Positions 24,503-36,775 of a DNA stretch of 64,000 nt are shown one piece after another. This DNA is from Phaeosaccion multiseriatum (lineage: Eukaryota > Protista > Ochrophyta, other classes): assembly GCA_965112735.1 (NCBI GenBank), contig OZ218957.1:2418001-2482000 (forward strand), given 5' to 3'. Within the stretch, counting starts at the first letter, position 1. Each line of letters starts with the position of its first letter. Position numbers and translations under genes: made by a program. The notes under the pieces were generated by a model, which saw only the letters and a program-made list of their open reading frames with translations, did no database searches and had not been told where the DNA came from.

Positions 24503-25904
24503 CTCCCTCCCTCCCTCCCTCCCTCCCTCCTCCCTCTCTCCTTCCCTCCCTCCCTCCCTCCCTCCCTCCCTCACTCCCTCCCTCCCTCCCTCCCTCCCTC
24601 CCTCCCTCCCTCCTTCCCTCCCTCCCTCCCTCCCTCCCTCCCTCCCTCCCTCCCTCCCTCCCTCCCTCCCTCCCTCCCTCCCTCCCTCCCTCCCTCCCTC
24701 CCTCCCTCCCTCCCTCCCTCCCTCCCTCCCTCCCTCCCTCCCTCCCTCCCTCCCTCCCTCCCTCCCTCCCTCCCTCCCTCCCTCCCTCCCTCCCTCCCTC
24801 CCTCCCTCCCTCCCTCCCTCCCTCCCTCCCTCCCTCCCTCCCTCCCTCCCTCCCTCCCTCCCTCCCTCCCTCCCTCCCTCCCTCCCTCCCTCCCTCCCTC
24901 CCTCCCTCCCTCCCTCCCTCCCTCCCTCCCTCCCTCCCTCCCTCCCTCCCTCCCTCCCTCCCTCCCTCCCTCCCTCCCTCCCTCCCTCCCTCCCTCCCTC
25001 CCTCCCTCCCTCCCTCCCTCCCTCCCTCCCTCCCTCCCTCCCTCCCTCCCTCCCTCCCTCCCTCCCTCCCTCCCTCCCTCCCTCCCTCCCTCCCTCCCTC
25101 CCTCCCTCCCTCCCTCCCTCCCTCCCTCCCTCCCTCCCTCCCTCCCTCCCTCCCTCCCTCCCTCCCTCCCTCCCTCCCTCCCTCCCTCCCTCCCTCCCTC
25201 CCTCCCTCCCTCCCTCCCTCCCTCCCTCCCTCCCTCCCTCCCTCCCTCCCTCCCTCCCTCCCTCCCTCCCTCCCTCCCTCCCTCCCTCCCTCCCTCCCTC
25301 CCTCCCTCCCTCCCTCCCTCCCTCCCTCCCTCCCTCCCTCCCTCCCTCCCTCCCTCCCTCCCTCCCTCCCTCCCTCCCTCCCTCCCTCCCTCCCTCCCTC
25401 CCTCCCTCCCTCCCTCCCTCCCTCCCTCCCTCCCTCCCTCCCTCCCTCCCTCCCTCCCTCCCTCCCTCCCTCCCTCCCTCCCTCCCTCCCTCCCTCCCTC
25501 CCTCCCTCCCTCCCTCCCTCCCTCCCTCCCTCCCTCCCTCCCTCCCTCCCTCCCTCCCTCCCTCCCTCCCTCCCTCCCTCCCTCCCTCCCTCCCTCCCTC
25601 CCTCCCTCCCTCCCTCCCTCCCTCCCTCCCTCCCTCCCTCCCTCCCTCCCTCCCTCCCTCCCTCCCTCCCTCCCTCCCTCCCTCCCTCCCTCCCTCCCTC
25701 CCTCCCTCCCTCCCTCCCTCCCTCCCTCCCTCCCTCCCTCCCTCCCTCCCTCCCTCCCTCCCTCCCTCCCTCCCTCCCTCCCTCCCTCCCTCCCTCCCTC
25801 CCTCCCTCCCTCCCTCCCTCCCTCCCTCCCTCCCTCCCTCCCTCCCTCCCTCCCTCCCTCCCTCCCTCCCTCCCTCCCTCCCTCCCTCCCTCCCTCCCTC
25901 CCTC
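24503..25904. repeat. (TCCC)n / (GGGA)n microsatellite, ~1.4 kb (~350 units)
   Basis: Nearly uninterrupted array; source of the spurious (EGGR)n and (PPSL)n ORFs. Confidence 0.97.
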
Positions 25905-26054
25905 TCGACCCTGGACAAGATTACGGTGTGCGCCGGCCGTAATCAGTAATCAGCCCCCGGCTGGCGCATAATCAGTACTCAGGCCGGCTGGCGCCGGTCA
26001 TAATCAGTAATCAGGCCGGCTGCGCCGGCCGTAATTACTAATCAGATAGGTCGA
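25905..26054. mobile_element. Inner MITE copy B (TCGACCCTGGACAAGAT...GGTCGA), right TIR shortened
   Basis: Internal TAATCAG repeats; homologous to 24378-24502. Confidence 0.7.
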
Positions 26055-26818
26055 GGCCTAGGCCTAGAACCGCCGGCCTAGGGAGAAAAAATGGCCGGCC
26101 TAGAGCGGCCAACGGCCGCCGGCCTAGGCCTAGAGCGGGCGTAGGCCGCTCGGCCTAGGGCCTAGAGCATAGGCTTCTAGGCCAGTCTGGAGCCGACATA
26201 ATTATTCCTTGCCGATATGCCTTTGCCGGCGACGGAGGTGCCAAGAGCTGATAGCAGACCCGGCTGAGCCGCTGAGCCGCTGAGCCGCCAATACCTTGTT
26301 CCGGGCTGGCTGCGCCGGTGATACTAATAGGATGCGGGCTGACCACCCCCCAATTAAAATTAAACAAAAACCCTCGATCTTGATCTAGTGATCTAGTGCG
26401 TATCCGTCCTGCGGGCTAGCTCAAGCCGAAGGTCAGCTTCCACCCACAGCAGCACGTACACAACTCTTACGCAGCCTGTGTACCATTCCATCCTACTACC
26501 ACCCTCCCACTCCCCCACTCTCCCACACACGTGTGCACAAGAAGTCATGAAGTCATTTAAAAGTCGTCGAATGATCGAAAGTCGACGTTCGGCATAGTGG
26601 GGTCACGCCCAACAAGTCAACGAACACAAAAAATCGTGAGAGAGCAAATTCGCGCCACTCGAGGCTCTTTCAGCGAGGCCTTAACATGCAAACACTCAAG
26701 ACTCTCTGTGTCGCGAACAATCCTATCGAGAGTGATATATTGCTACTTGCAGCACACATGTTGTGAACTCTGTGCATGTGCGCAACAACAACCCTCAACC
26801 TTAAGCTCTTCCAACTCT

Positions 26819-27901
26819 ATGGCGGGCCTGATGGAGCCAAGGAGTGAGCAACCGGTAAAGCACCGGCGGAAGTCGGGGCATCAGCAGCAGTATCAGCGGA
26901 AGGGAGAGGAGCAGCAGCAGCAGCCCTACGCCAAGCTTACGGTGGTCCTCGACATGGATGGTAAGGGAGAAGCAATGTGCGGATGACCCCAGGCGATATT
27001 TTACTGCAATAGGCCTCTTTTATTTGCCTTCCGGTACTTCTCTCGTAGTGGCCTCCTCTGACCCTGTTACACCACCACCTTCTCCCCCTCCTCCCCCTTG
27101 TCGTCGTCCTCCTCGTCCTCCTCGTGCTCGTCCTGCTCTTCTTCCTCCTCCTCCACCTCCACCTCCCCCCCCTGCCGCTGCACTTTTAACGCCCCTTCAG
27201 AATGCATTCTACACACCAAGTTCACCGGTGCCAACGCGTATCGACAGACCGAGGAGAGACCCGACCACGTGCGCGCTGCCAAAGACTCCTTCTGGGTGGC
27301 GCTGGACGACGGAGACGCCGGCCACGTGAATCTTCGGCCGGGCGTTCGAGCCTTTCTCCAAGAGCTCTCGATCAACTACACAGTCGTAGTCTTTTCAGCA
27401 GCAATGTCAGATTATGGGAACCTCGTGCTGGACCAGCTGGACCCCACCGACACTCTCATTTCGAAGCGCCTCTTTCGGAATGCGTGCCGCCAGCGCCGGG
27501 GTGCTTTCTTGAAGGACCTCAGCGCGGCGGTAGGCACAGATTTGGCCCGGACTGTGCTCGTGGACAACAACCCCTTCTCCTTCCTCACCCACCCCACCAA
27601 CGGCGTCTTGGTGTCTTCCTTCTACGACGACGAGCACGACAGCGCGCTGGAGAGCGTGCTGCAGCTGATTCACCACCTCGACAGGCAGGAGGATGTGCGA
27701 CCCATTCTGGGGGAGATGTTCAGATTAGAAACGCTGTTGGGTGACTACAGAAAGGCTCTGGGACTGGGTGATGACATGATGGATGAGACCGAGGGGGAGT
27801 ACGACGACGACGACGACGACGATGACGAGGATGATGACACCACCAGTGAAGACAGTAGCCGCTGCTCCGGCGAGGACAGCAGCGACGACTGCTTTCTGTG
27901 A
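26819..27901 (+). CDS. FCP1/SCP-family (NIF, HAD-like) CTD small phosphatase-like protein
   Basis: Exons 26819-26960 and 27201-27901: KLTVVLDMD|ECILH, RPGVRAFL, VVVFSAAMSDYGNLVLDQLDP, FLKDLS, TVLVDNNP; acidic tail. Confidence 0.92.
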
Positions 27902-28355
27902 GCCAACAGTAGAGATAGATCTACGGGCTCTTTGTACCTAGGCCGTGGCCATGATTTTGTGTGAAGGACGAGGCGGGGAAGGTTTGTTCGGCGGTGTTGT
28001 CCACCGACCGACGAATGATCACCCGCGCTGTTGAGTTAAAAGAAGAAGAGTAGTGTACCTGTGTATTTGGTCTCGTATGTCTCCCACATGTGCCAGACCT
28101 GCACTCAAGTTAAAGTGTTCTAGTCTAATATATATTTCATATTAGTAAAGACAATGGCTAAAAGGAGAGAAAAGGAATAAACCCAAGTGTAATAAACCCA
28201 CCCTCGCTCTCTCGCGGCCATGCGTCCCATGGGGGGGGGAAGGCTCGAATGATCCCTCCCAGCAGAGTCTTACGACACGAGCACACAGAGCACAGCTCAA
28301 AACAAGAGTTGTCGCTTGGCTGTGTGCGTTATACATTGTAGAGGATGATGCTCAC

Positions 28356-29180
28356 TCACTTTCCCGTGAGTTTGCCCCAGAAGGACTTGGCCTCTCCCGA
28401 CGCCTTGTCCAGAGCCGCCTTGCCATCCTTCTCCGCCTTGGCAGAGGCGGCTCTCGCGTCCTTCTCAGCCTTGGCCGCCGCATCTTTCAGCTTCTTCTCC
28501 GCTTTCTGTGCCTTCTCCCGGGCATCCTTCTCAGCCTTGGCGGCCGCATCCTTGAGCTTCTTCTCGGCGGCAGCTGCCTTCTCCCGGGCCTCCTTCTCAA
28601 GCTTTGCCGCCTTCTCTCGGGCCTCCTTCTCGAGCTTTTGCGCCTTCTCCTTCATCTCCTTCTCGGCTTTGGCTGCCTTGGCCTTTGCCTCCTTCTCAAG
28701 CTCTGCCGCCTTCTTCTTTGCCTCTTCCTTTTTGGCCTTGAGGCTGGCTGCGGCATCACTCTGCGCCTTACTTGCACCGTCCTTTGCCGAGTCCTTCAGC
28801 TGGACGGACGGACGCACAGCCAAGAAGAGGAGGGAAAGGGAAGCGAAAGGGTTAGGTACGACCGAGGGGAGAAGAAAGATGGCTCTTCCACTCTTCCCTT
28901 CTCTTTCTCTCTACACTTTGTTCCAAATGCGGAGGGGGAGAATGTATCAATCGTATCGTTTCGACACAGAGGGCTGAAGGAGAAGAGGAGAGACGGATCG
29001 GCAAAGTCAGTGAAGGGTCAGGACTTAAATGCATACAGTACCCACCTTCTTGGACGCCTTATCGAACTTTGCGTTGGCATCCTTCAAGGTCTTGTCTCCT
29101 CCTCCCCAGGCCTCGGTTGTGAGCACCACGCAGGCGAGGAGGGCGAGGAGAGCCAGGATCAGGGTCTTGGAAGACATCAT
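28356..29180 (-). CDS. Signal-peptide-bearing Lys/Ala/Glu-rich protein with 11-mer repeats, group 3 LEA-like
   Basis: Exons 29180-29046 and 28799-28356; MMSSKTLILALLALLACVVLTTEA|W; tandem K(A/L)EKxAREKAx 11-mers. Confidence 0.8.
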
Positions 29181-29680
29181 CTTGATCTACTAGAACAGAG
29201 GGCGTGGAAGAAGAGGCATGCAGGAGCAGCGAACGGCATGGGTGAGGCTAGGAAACTAGATTGCGGGTTGTTTGACTCCAAATTTAGACAGCGCATCTCT
29301 GCACTTCCACCGCATTCCAAGCAGTAGAGAGTCCAAGCAAAGCCATCCCTCCCCAACCGAGCAAGCAGAGCAAGCGCAGTGGGCGGAGGAGGAGCAAGGG
29401 AAGGGAAAAATTGGTAAAATCTTAACCAAGATTTTAAGATTTCCAAGAAAAAAAAAAGATTTGAATGTTGCACCTACCTGAATCCTTCTCCTGGTTGAAT
29501 AGTGAGCTCGGGGTCGGGACACGAGAGGAAGAGATAGAGTTGCAGCGGGATATGGGTGCAGTCCGCCGGAAGGGAAGAGTGTGTTGGTCTGAGGGGAAAG
29601 GGGGAGAAAACAAAATTCCCCCCCTGGAGTTGACTGAACAAACTGGAATTCCTCACTTTGGATTATTTTGTCAGCTGTTG

Positions 29681-30587
29681 ATGCTGCCCTTGAAGGCGAG
29701 TGAAACATTTGTACGCGCAAGGAGAGGGCGGAGACGGGAAAGAGGGCGGGGAAGCTCGTCGAGGACCTGCAGCAGCGGTGTGGACAAGCGCCTCCGGCAG
29801 CACCTGGCCCTCGTTGCACACGGTCTGCGAGCAGCTTCCCTGCTCGACTTCTACACAGGCAGTCCGGAAACTTTGCAGGCGATCCTGGGGGACCTTGAGC
29901 GGGAGAGCAACAGGACCGATGGTCTAGCCCCCCTCCCTCCGTGGGGGGACGTTGCAGTGCTGTGGGTCGGCCCATGCCCCTTCATCCTCAACAAGGTAGA
30001 GCTTTGTTGGAGAGGGAAGGAGGAGGAGGAGGAGGAGGAGGAGGAGGAGGAGGAGGAGGAGCATGAAAGAGGTCGGATTGGCACCGCATTCTAAACCTCC
30101 ATCCGTCGCACGTCAACACCCCTGCTCGCCCCACCCAGACTCGCCAACGGGAGCGCCTGGCTAGACTTCGCCAGGCGCTGCTATGTAAGGCTTCTACAGC
30201 TCCTCCTGGTGGACGGTTAGAACAAGTAGTTGGACATGAGGAGGCTTTCCTGAGAGGAGCGACACCCCCGCCGCCGCAGCAGCAGCAACAGGACGGTGGT
30301 GAGCCGCGAGGAGTTCCTGACCCTCCACAAGAGGGGGAGCCTGTAGTCTCTCCCATCGGGGCCCTGCTCTCGCACCCCAACCCCAGGTCAAGTGACTACA
30401 ACTCGGACAATAATGTTGCGACACCCGACATCAATGCTCTGCTCCACGAAGCCATCGGTAGCGCCTTCGTCGATGTGGACCTCTCTCGCCAGGCGCGGCC
30501 CTCTTGCGCCACAGCCAGGCTCGCACCTATGCTTCTCGCGGCATTGACTCACCTGGATGGTGGCCTGGGCTGGACGATTAGCCCATC

Positions 30588-30618
<31 letters not shown>

Positions 30619-31841
30619 GAGGAGGAGGAGCAGGAGGGGATTCTGGTGCAGCTGCTGGGAGAGGTGGGCCTCACCGGCCTCGCCGGATGGTTGGTACGTA
30701 GTGTCGGGTAAAGGGAGGCCAAGCGGGGGGGCTGGGGGGCAGTCGTTGGGTCACAAGCTTTCCCAAAGGGTTTGTGTCTTGCTTTTCACAAGCTCGACAG
30801 AGGGGCCCCTCATGTGCCCAACTAAGCCTTCGGCGTTCCTGTCCTGCTTTGTGCCCCTCCCCCCCTCTCGCCCCCCCCATCTGATGACCACAGCTGGAGT
30901 ACCCAGTGGTGTACTGCTATTCAGGTTCGGAAAATAACCTCTCCCTCGTCCCTCTTCTCGTCTACTCGATCACGCTCGGAGTGAGGCTCAGTCGGAGCGG
31001 GAGGAAGAAAGGTGCTGTCGCGAAGGAACGCATCGACGATCCTCCTCCTTCTACCGCTGCGGAGGAGCCCAGGACGACGATGATGATGTCGATGCCGGCA
31101 TCGCACGGACCAGAGTCCAGAGCAGCACCACGACCTCTGCTGCCCACACACACACTGCCGCTCTTGTCGCTGGCAGGCCGAGCGGCCGAGAAGCAGATGG
31201 CGACGACAGCAGGTCAAGGAGGTGGTGGTGGTGGTGGTGGTGGTGGTGGTGGTGGTGGTGGTGCAGGAGGAGGAGGAGGTGGTGGTGGTGGTGGTGGTGG
31301 TGGAGGAGAAGGAGAAGGAGGAGGAGGAGGAGGAGGAGGAGGAGGAGGAAGAGGAGGAGGAGGAGGAGGAGGTGAAGAAGAAGGAGGAGAAGAAGAAGCA
31401 GTATGGAGCACATTCGACCACACCTTTAGCTTCAGCGTTCCCTTGGAAACGCAAGGGCTCACAGACGATGCTTCTTCTCTTCACGCCGACTCAGACTCTC
31501 TCGTCCACTGCTGCCTGCGGGAGATGCAGTGGCGAGTGACACGCGGAGGAGGTGACGGCCATCTTGCGAGTAGAGTAAGTGGAGCAAGTAGAGCAGGAGC
31601 GCGGGAGGGGTGTGGACAAGGGGAGGAAGGAGAGGAGGAGGAGGAGGAGGAGGAGGAGGAGGAGGAGGAGAAGGGGAAGGAGGGGACCTTCGTGCGTCTT
31701 CCTCCTCGTGCTCCGCCCCACGCACATGACAGGAGTGACGGCGAGGAGAGCACTCGGCCGGGCTACGGCAAGGGGGAGATGGGAGGGGTGTCCTTTGCAG
31801 TGACTTGCCGCTCTGAGACGCTGCTGCGAGTCATGCTGTGA
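29681..31841 (+). CDS. UPF0739/DUF4504 (C1orf74-like) protein
   Basis: Exons ~29681-29995, 30139-30693, 30894-31841. Motifs LVAHGLRAASLLDF, FVDV, GLAGWL|LEYPVVY...NNLSLVPL, FSFSVP. Start codon uncertain (alternative ATG at 29552). Confidence 0.75.
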
Positions 31842-32418
31842 GAGGGGGCGAGGCAGAGAGGCACGGCGTACAAACAACACTAATTGGCACAATTGTAACC
31901 GTTGAGAGAAGTGTCTTTTCCCCCCCTCTTTTGTTTGTGTAACTTTAATTTATACTTATCTTTTCTCACTTCCGAAGGGAACAAGAGGCCCTCTCGCTCT
32001 CTCTCTTCTCTCTAACAAACATGAAACACACATACTATACTAACTCGTATCTACCATCGTAGTACCAATCGTAGTACCAACACTACACCACTCTACACAT
32101 GGTTCTCCGATTCCTCCCCCCCCCCCCCCCCAAACCCCTCTAAGCACACACACGGCATGTTGCAAAGCAAAACAGGGTATATGGGGGGGGGGGGAGGGAG
32201 GGATGAACCTTCAGCCCCCCTCCGTCCAAACTTGTAACGGTGGGCCCGCCTGAACAGGGTGGGCCACTAGCATACTAAAATCACTTTCTTCCTTCTACAA
32301 CACACACTCCTTCCTCTTCCACAGGCACGGATAGAAGCTTCCATTCGTTCATCACCCATCTAATGCCATCTGGCGAGGGCAAGGCCTGCAGAGTAGTCAG
32401 CGCTCCCCACCTCAGCAC

Positions 32419-35384
32419 TCAGCACGCAATCGCCTCCACGACGGCATTGCTTGAACTGCTGCCGCCTCCGCCGATGACCGGGTGGTGCTTGCTCGTCGTC
32501 TCCGAACGCAGGGGTTTATGCTCAGGGAACATTTTCTCGTAGAAGGCCCACAACTCATCACCACATGCCTGTGTAAGACAAGAGAGAGAGGGGGAGAGGC
32601 AGTGGGGTATCGGGGAGCGGGGGGGGGGGGGGGGGCATGTACGGTGAGTTCAACGGGCAGCAGTGGAGGGAGTGTCGTCGAGGGGGTGCGGAGGGAGGGA
32701 ACGGAGCCAAGGACGGAAGGAGAAGAGGGGAGGGAAGGCGTGGACGGAGAAGGATGGCGGTACGTTCTCAAAGCCCCCGAGCTCCTCAAGTGCCATCCTC
32801 CGTGCCTCAGTCCTGACACCCATTCCCGCTGTCCTGACACCCACCCCACCCACGCACCCAACCCACCTGAATGTCATACTGCGAAGTCTGCGTGAGTTCC
32901 TCCAGCCCCTTTCGCCACAGGGGGGTGATGGACAGCGCCCTCCGTGCTGTGAGGATAGAAGCCGCGGCCACCGTGGCGGCTGGGTAGGCCTGGAAGACAA
33001 CATCTTGTTGACATAGGTTGCCGAAGAACTCCACGTACTTTCTTGTGTAACGCACCACCTGTTTTGCGGTAATTAGTCAAGCAGTGCGTAGGAGTAGGAG
33101 TAAAGCAAAAAAAGGTTGAAGCCGTGCATAGTTGAGGATGGGGGGAGGGGGGAGCAGAGGGGAGGGGCGGGTGGTGAGCAGGGTGCTTTAGTCTTTTGTC
33201 TTTCATCACCACCAGCAGCAAGCACCCGCAACGACGCTGAACAGTCATGCCTCATGCCCCAAGCTCCTTCTTCCCCCTCATGTGGGTACTAATTCGCGCG
33301 CACATACACATACACACACACACGTGCCAGCCCCATTCAAAGCAGATAGAACAGAAAAAAATAACAAAATTGGGCCCAGTCCCTCTTCCCCTCCCTCCCT
33401 CCCTCCCTCCCTCACCTTCTCAATGAGCGGCCGTCCCTGGCAAGTATCTGAGTCGAAGGTAACCCCCCGGTACAGGTAGAAGCCCAGGAAGTGCATGGTG
33501 GTTACTCTGGAGAGGTCCCAGTTCAGCCGCTGAGACAGGTCCAGCTCCCCCCTCGTGATGGCTCCTGTAGTGAGGCGGAGCTCCGATGCGTCGGCAAGCT
33601 CGGACACCTAGTCGTTGGTTTTGGTGTTGTTGTTGTTGTTGTTGTTGTTGTTGCAAGGGAAGGTTTTCATTTGTTTGGATACAATCACAACGGGTTTGAT
33701 TAGCAGGTGAATAAAGTGGACGACGCCTCACGGTGGGGGAAGTGTGAGTTGACTCAGGCTGTGTCCTCCTCTTCCACTCTCCCTCCCCCCTCCTCCTCTT
33801 CCACTCACCCTCCCCTCTCTCCCCATTTAAAAATTAAAAAAGCAAACAAAAACGCAGACGTACGTACCATGGGCATGTTGCACTCCGCCTCCTCATACTT
33901 GGCCGCCACACTCAGGCAGCACACCGCCCTCAGACGCCATTGGTTGAGATTACACGCCGATAAGTGCATGAGCTCATCAAGGTAGGCAATGGCCGTGTGG
34001 ATGGTCACCGATTGCAGATGCAGCTCCTCCCCCACCTCGCTCACCCAATCCACCATGTAACGTCGGTGCGCCAGGAACTCCGCGCTGTTGCTCAGACTCC
34101 GTCGGGAGAAGCGTTTCAGGTCCTTCTCCCGCCAGTAGCTGATGACGGTGGCAGAGGGAAACCCCATTACCACGTCCACGTCGTCCTGCTCCGAGCGCAC
34201 CCCCCCGCCCCTTCCTCCTCGTCCTCCCACCTCGTCCTCATCCTCCACTACCCCAAGGTCGCTGCAGCTCATCGGCGTCATCCGGTCGTTCTCAATGCGC
34301 ACCGTAGATGCAGTGGTGGAACCGATGGAGCCGAAGAGCGGTGTGCCTCTGCTGTGGTTATACGCCTTGTGATGCGAAATGACGTAACACTCATCGTCCT
34401 CCACCAGTGCATCTCCATGCATGGCATACGTGCTGCTTGCATCGATATCGGACCCGATCGTGGAGGGTGCCATGTGCACCGCCGTTGAGAGGTTGAGAGG
34501 GGTGGTACTGGGAGTAGGTCTGACTGCTGAGGATGCCGCTGCTAATACTGAAAAGGTGGGCGCCCTTGCCCCAGCGGCAACAGGGGTTGACTCCCTCTTT
34601 GGCGCCACCATCGTGGACATCATCACCGGTGCGGGGTGAGAGAGACCCTGCCCGCCGTCTTCTGCATCTTCAGAGCACTCTACCACATTCTGCGGAGCTG
34701 GTGCTGCCGTCGGCTGGTGATGTTGGCTGGTGGTGGCGGTGGGTTAGGAGGGGCGGGGGCGGGCGAAGACAGGAAGGAGGGACAGCGTGAGAGGGAGACG
34801 TTTCTTTCTGCATGTCTGTACCTTGTTGTGAGCTGCGAGCTCCTTGCCCCGCACCACTGCCTCACACCCTCGCCCTCCCCCCCAGCCCCCCCCCCCGCTC
34901 CTACCACCCGCCTCTTATCCAGATTCGGGGCGCTAAGTTAGGAACGCTCTCTGATTTCGACTCGCCACCCCTCTCCCCTTCACGTCTTCCAGGGGAAGCT
35001 GCCCAACTGGAAGCCCCCCACCCCAGGTGGCACACCCAAGGTGGGGGCACGAAACATCGAAAGAACGCCGCCCCCAGCCCTTCAAAAGCCCGTGCTGTTC
35101 GCTGCGTAGACGTTTTCTCACCTCTCCCGTTTTCCGGTCTTGGCGCTGCCGGAGCCCTTCGCAGTCTGACCACTGCTGGAGCAGCAGTTGCTGCCCTTGT
35201 CCGACCCCCCGGACGTGCTCTCCTTTCCATGCTTCCCCCCCCTGCTCCTGCTGCCTTTGCCAGCGTTCTTAGCACCTCCGCACCCGCAGCCCTTGTCCTT
35301 ACTAGCGTTGCTGCTCTTCCCGATCCGGCTAAACAGATGGAAGTTCGCCACCGCCTGCAGCATGGACTTGGTGCCCGAAGACAT
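32419..35384 (-). CDS. Cyclin (N- and C-terminal cyclin boxes; cyclin J/D-like)
   Basis: Exons 35384-35122, 34726-33868, 33607-33416, 33058-32867, 32568-32419. RRYMVDWVSEVGEELHL...TAIAYLD...CCLSVAAKYEE; ELDLSQRLNWDL; YPAATVAAASI. Confidence 0.9.
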
Positions 35385-36609
35385 GGCGCCGCCGTGGAGG
35401 TCCTCCCCCCGTCCGCCCCGCTGGTTCCCAAACTCTTCTCTACCCCTACGATGACAACAGCCAATTTTATAAATAACCACCAGTCATTGCTCTCCAGCAA
35501 AGCCCCAACAAAAGCAACAGCAGCCAAAGCAACGACACACCTCCCAGGTAGCAAGTCCTAACAACCCCACCTCCCTTCTCTAGCACTACAATAATTTGCT
35601 TTGGTTTTCCAGCAGCTGTTGGTCCCCCGATGAACCCTATCGGGCTGTAAAAAATATATCGACTTTTTCGAGACGCCGTTAACGTTGAGTTTTCAACGTT
35701 TGACTAAATTTTACTTTTGTCCTCTCTTGCCGTTCTCTCCGATATCGAATACTGAACATGACTATCAGAGGCTCATGCGACCTGCTGAGAGCCGGCGTCA
35801 ACAGTGCGAACCACCGGCCGGGGGCGGGGGGCGTCACTAGCAAGCAGTAGAACGAACAAAAGGGGCCGGGTTGCACCTCGCACAACGCTCTCTCTCCCAC
35901 CACGAATGCCGGTGAGTGGCCTTCGCCTGTGACGGACTCCTCTCCTTCCATGCTGCTGCATTCCTACACGGAGTGATGGGGTGGAAGTGCCAAACGCTGT
36001 GCAAAACGCCGTGCAAAATGCTCGAAGACATGCTCGCTCGCCCCCCCCCTCCCCCCCCCCCCTCGCACTTAACGCGCCCCACCTGTCCGCCCGCGCCTCT
36101 TTGCTCCATGTGGAGCAAGAGCAAGTAGGCTATGTACATACGGCCGCCCAGGAGTGACCTACCTGCCTGCCTGACTGACTAGCCAAGGTTTCCCTTCGCC
36201 CCAACCCCACCCCCCGGGGAGAGCCCAGAGCCCAGGGCAGGGGGGGATGAGCAGAGAACCTTTCACCCACTGCCGCTGCCGCGGCCCCGCAGCCTGCCTG
36301 CAGGGCTTTAATTAATCCACCCAGGAACCAACCAACCAACCAACCAACCACACCCCTCCCTCCCTCCTACCACACAGAAGACAGACTTGAGACATGGGGG
36401 GGCTCCGCTCCAATCCACAGGCGAAGGGACGGGCAGGCAGGCAGGCAGGCAGGCAGCCAGGCAGGCAGCCAGGCCCGGGGCAGGGCGGCGAGGGCGGACA
36501 TGCTGGGTGATGTGAAGAGCCGAAGAACGAGCCAAAGATGATGCCCCCACCGAGCCGAAGAGCGAACTACCGAAGTAGGGCCGACAGAAGAGAGAGAGTG
36601 ATGGAGGGA

Positions 36610-36656
<47 letters not shown>

Positions 36657-36775
36657 CGAGGACAGAGAGAGATGGGTGGAGAGGTGTAGTCTAGTTGGGC
36701 GGGGAGAAGGAGAAGAAAGACCGAGAGAGAGAGCGCCTGGCCAGGTGCTGCTGTCAAGCACCCTAGTTGGGTCCC

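Larger units (their letters stand above)
24235..26196. mobile_element. Composite TIR element, TIR TCGGCTCCAGACTGGCCTAGAAGCCTA, 6-bp TSD CATAAT, enclosing two further MITE copies and a (TCCC)n tract
   Basis: 27-bp perfect TIR; TSD at 24229-24234 and 26197-26202; internal CCTAGGC repeats. Confidence 0.88.

Noticed and set aside
24479-25949. 479-aa (EGGR)n and 488-aa (PPSL)n ORFs
   Set aside because: Stop-free translations of a tetranucleotide microsatellite inside a TE
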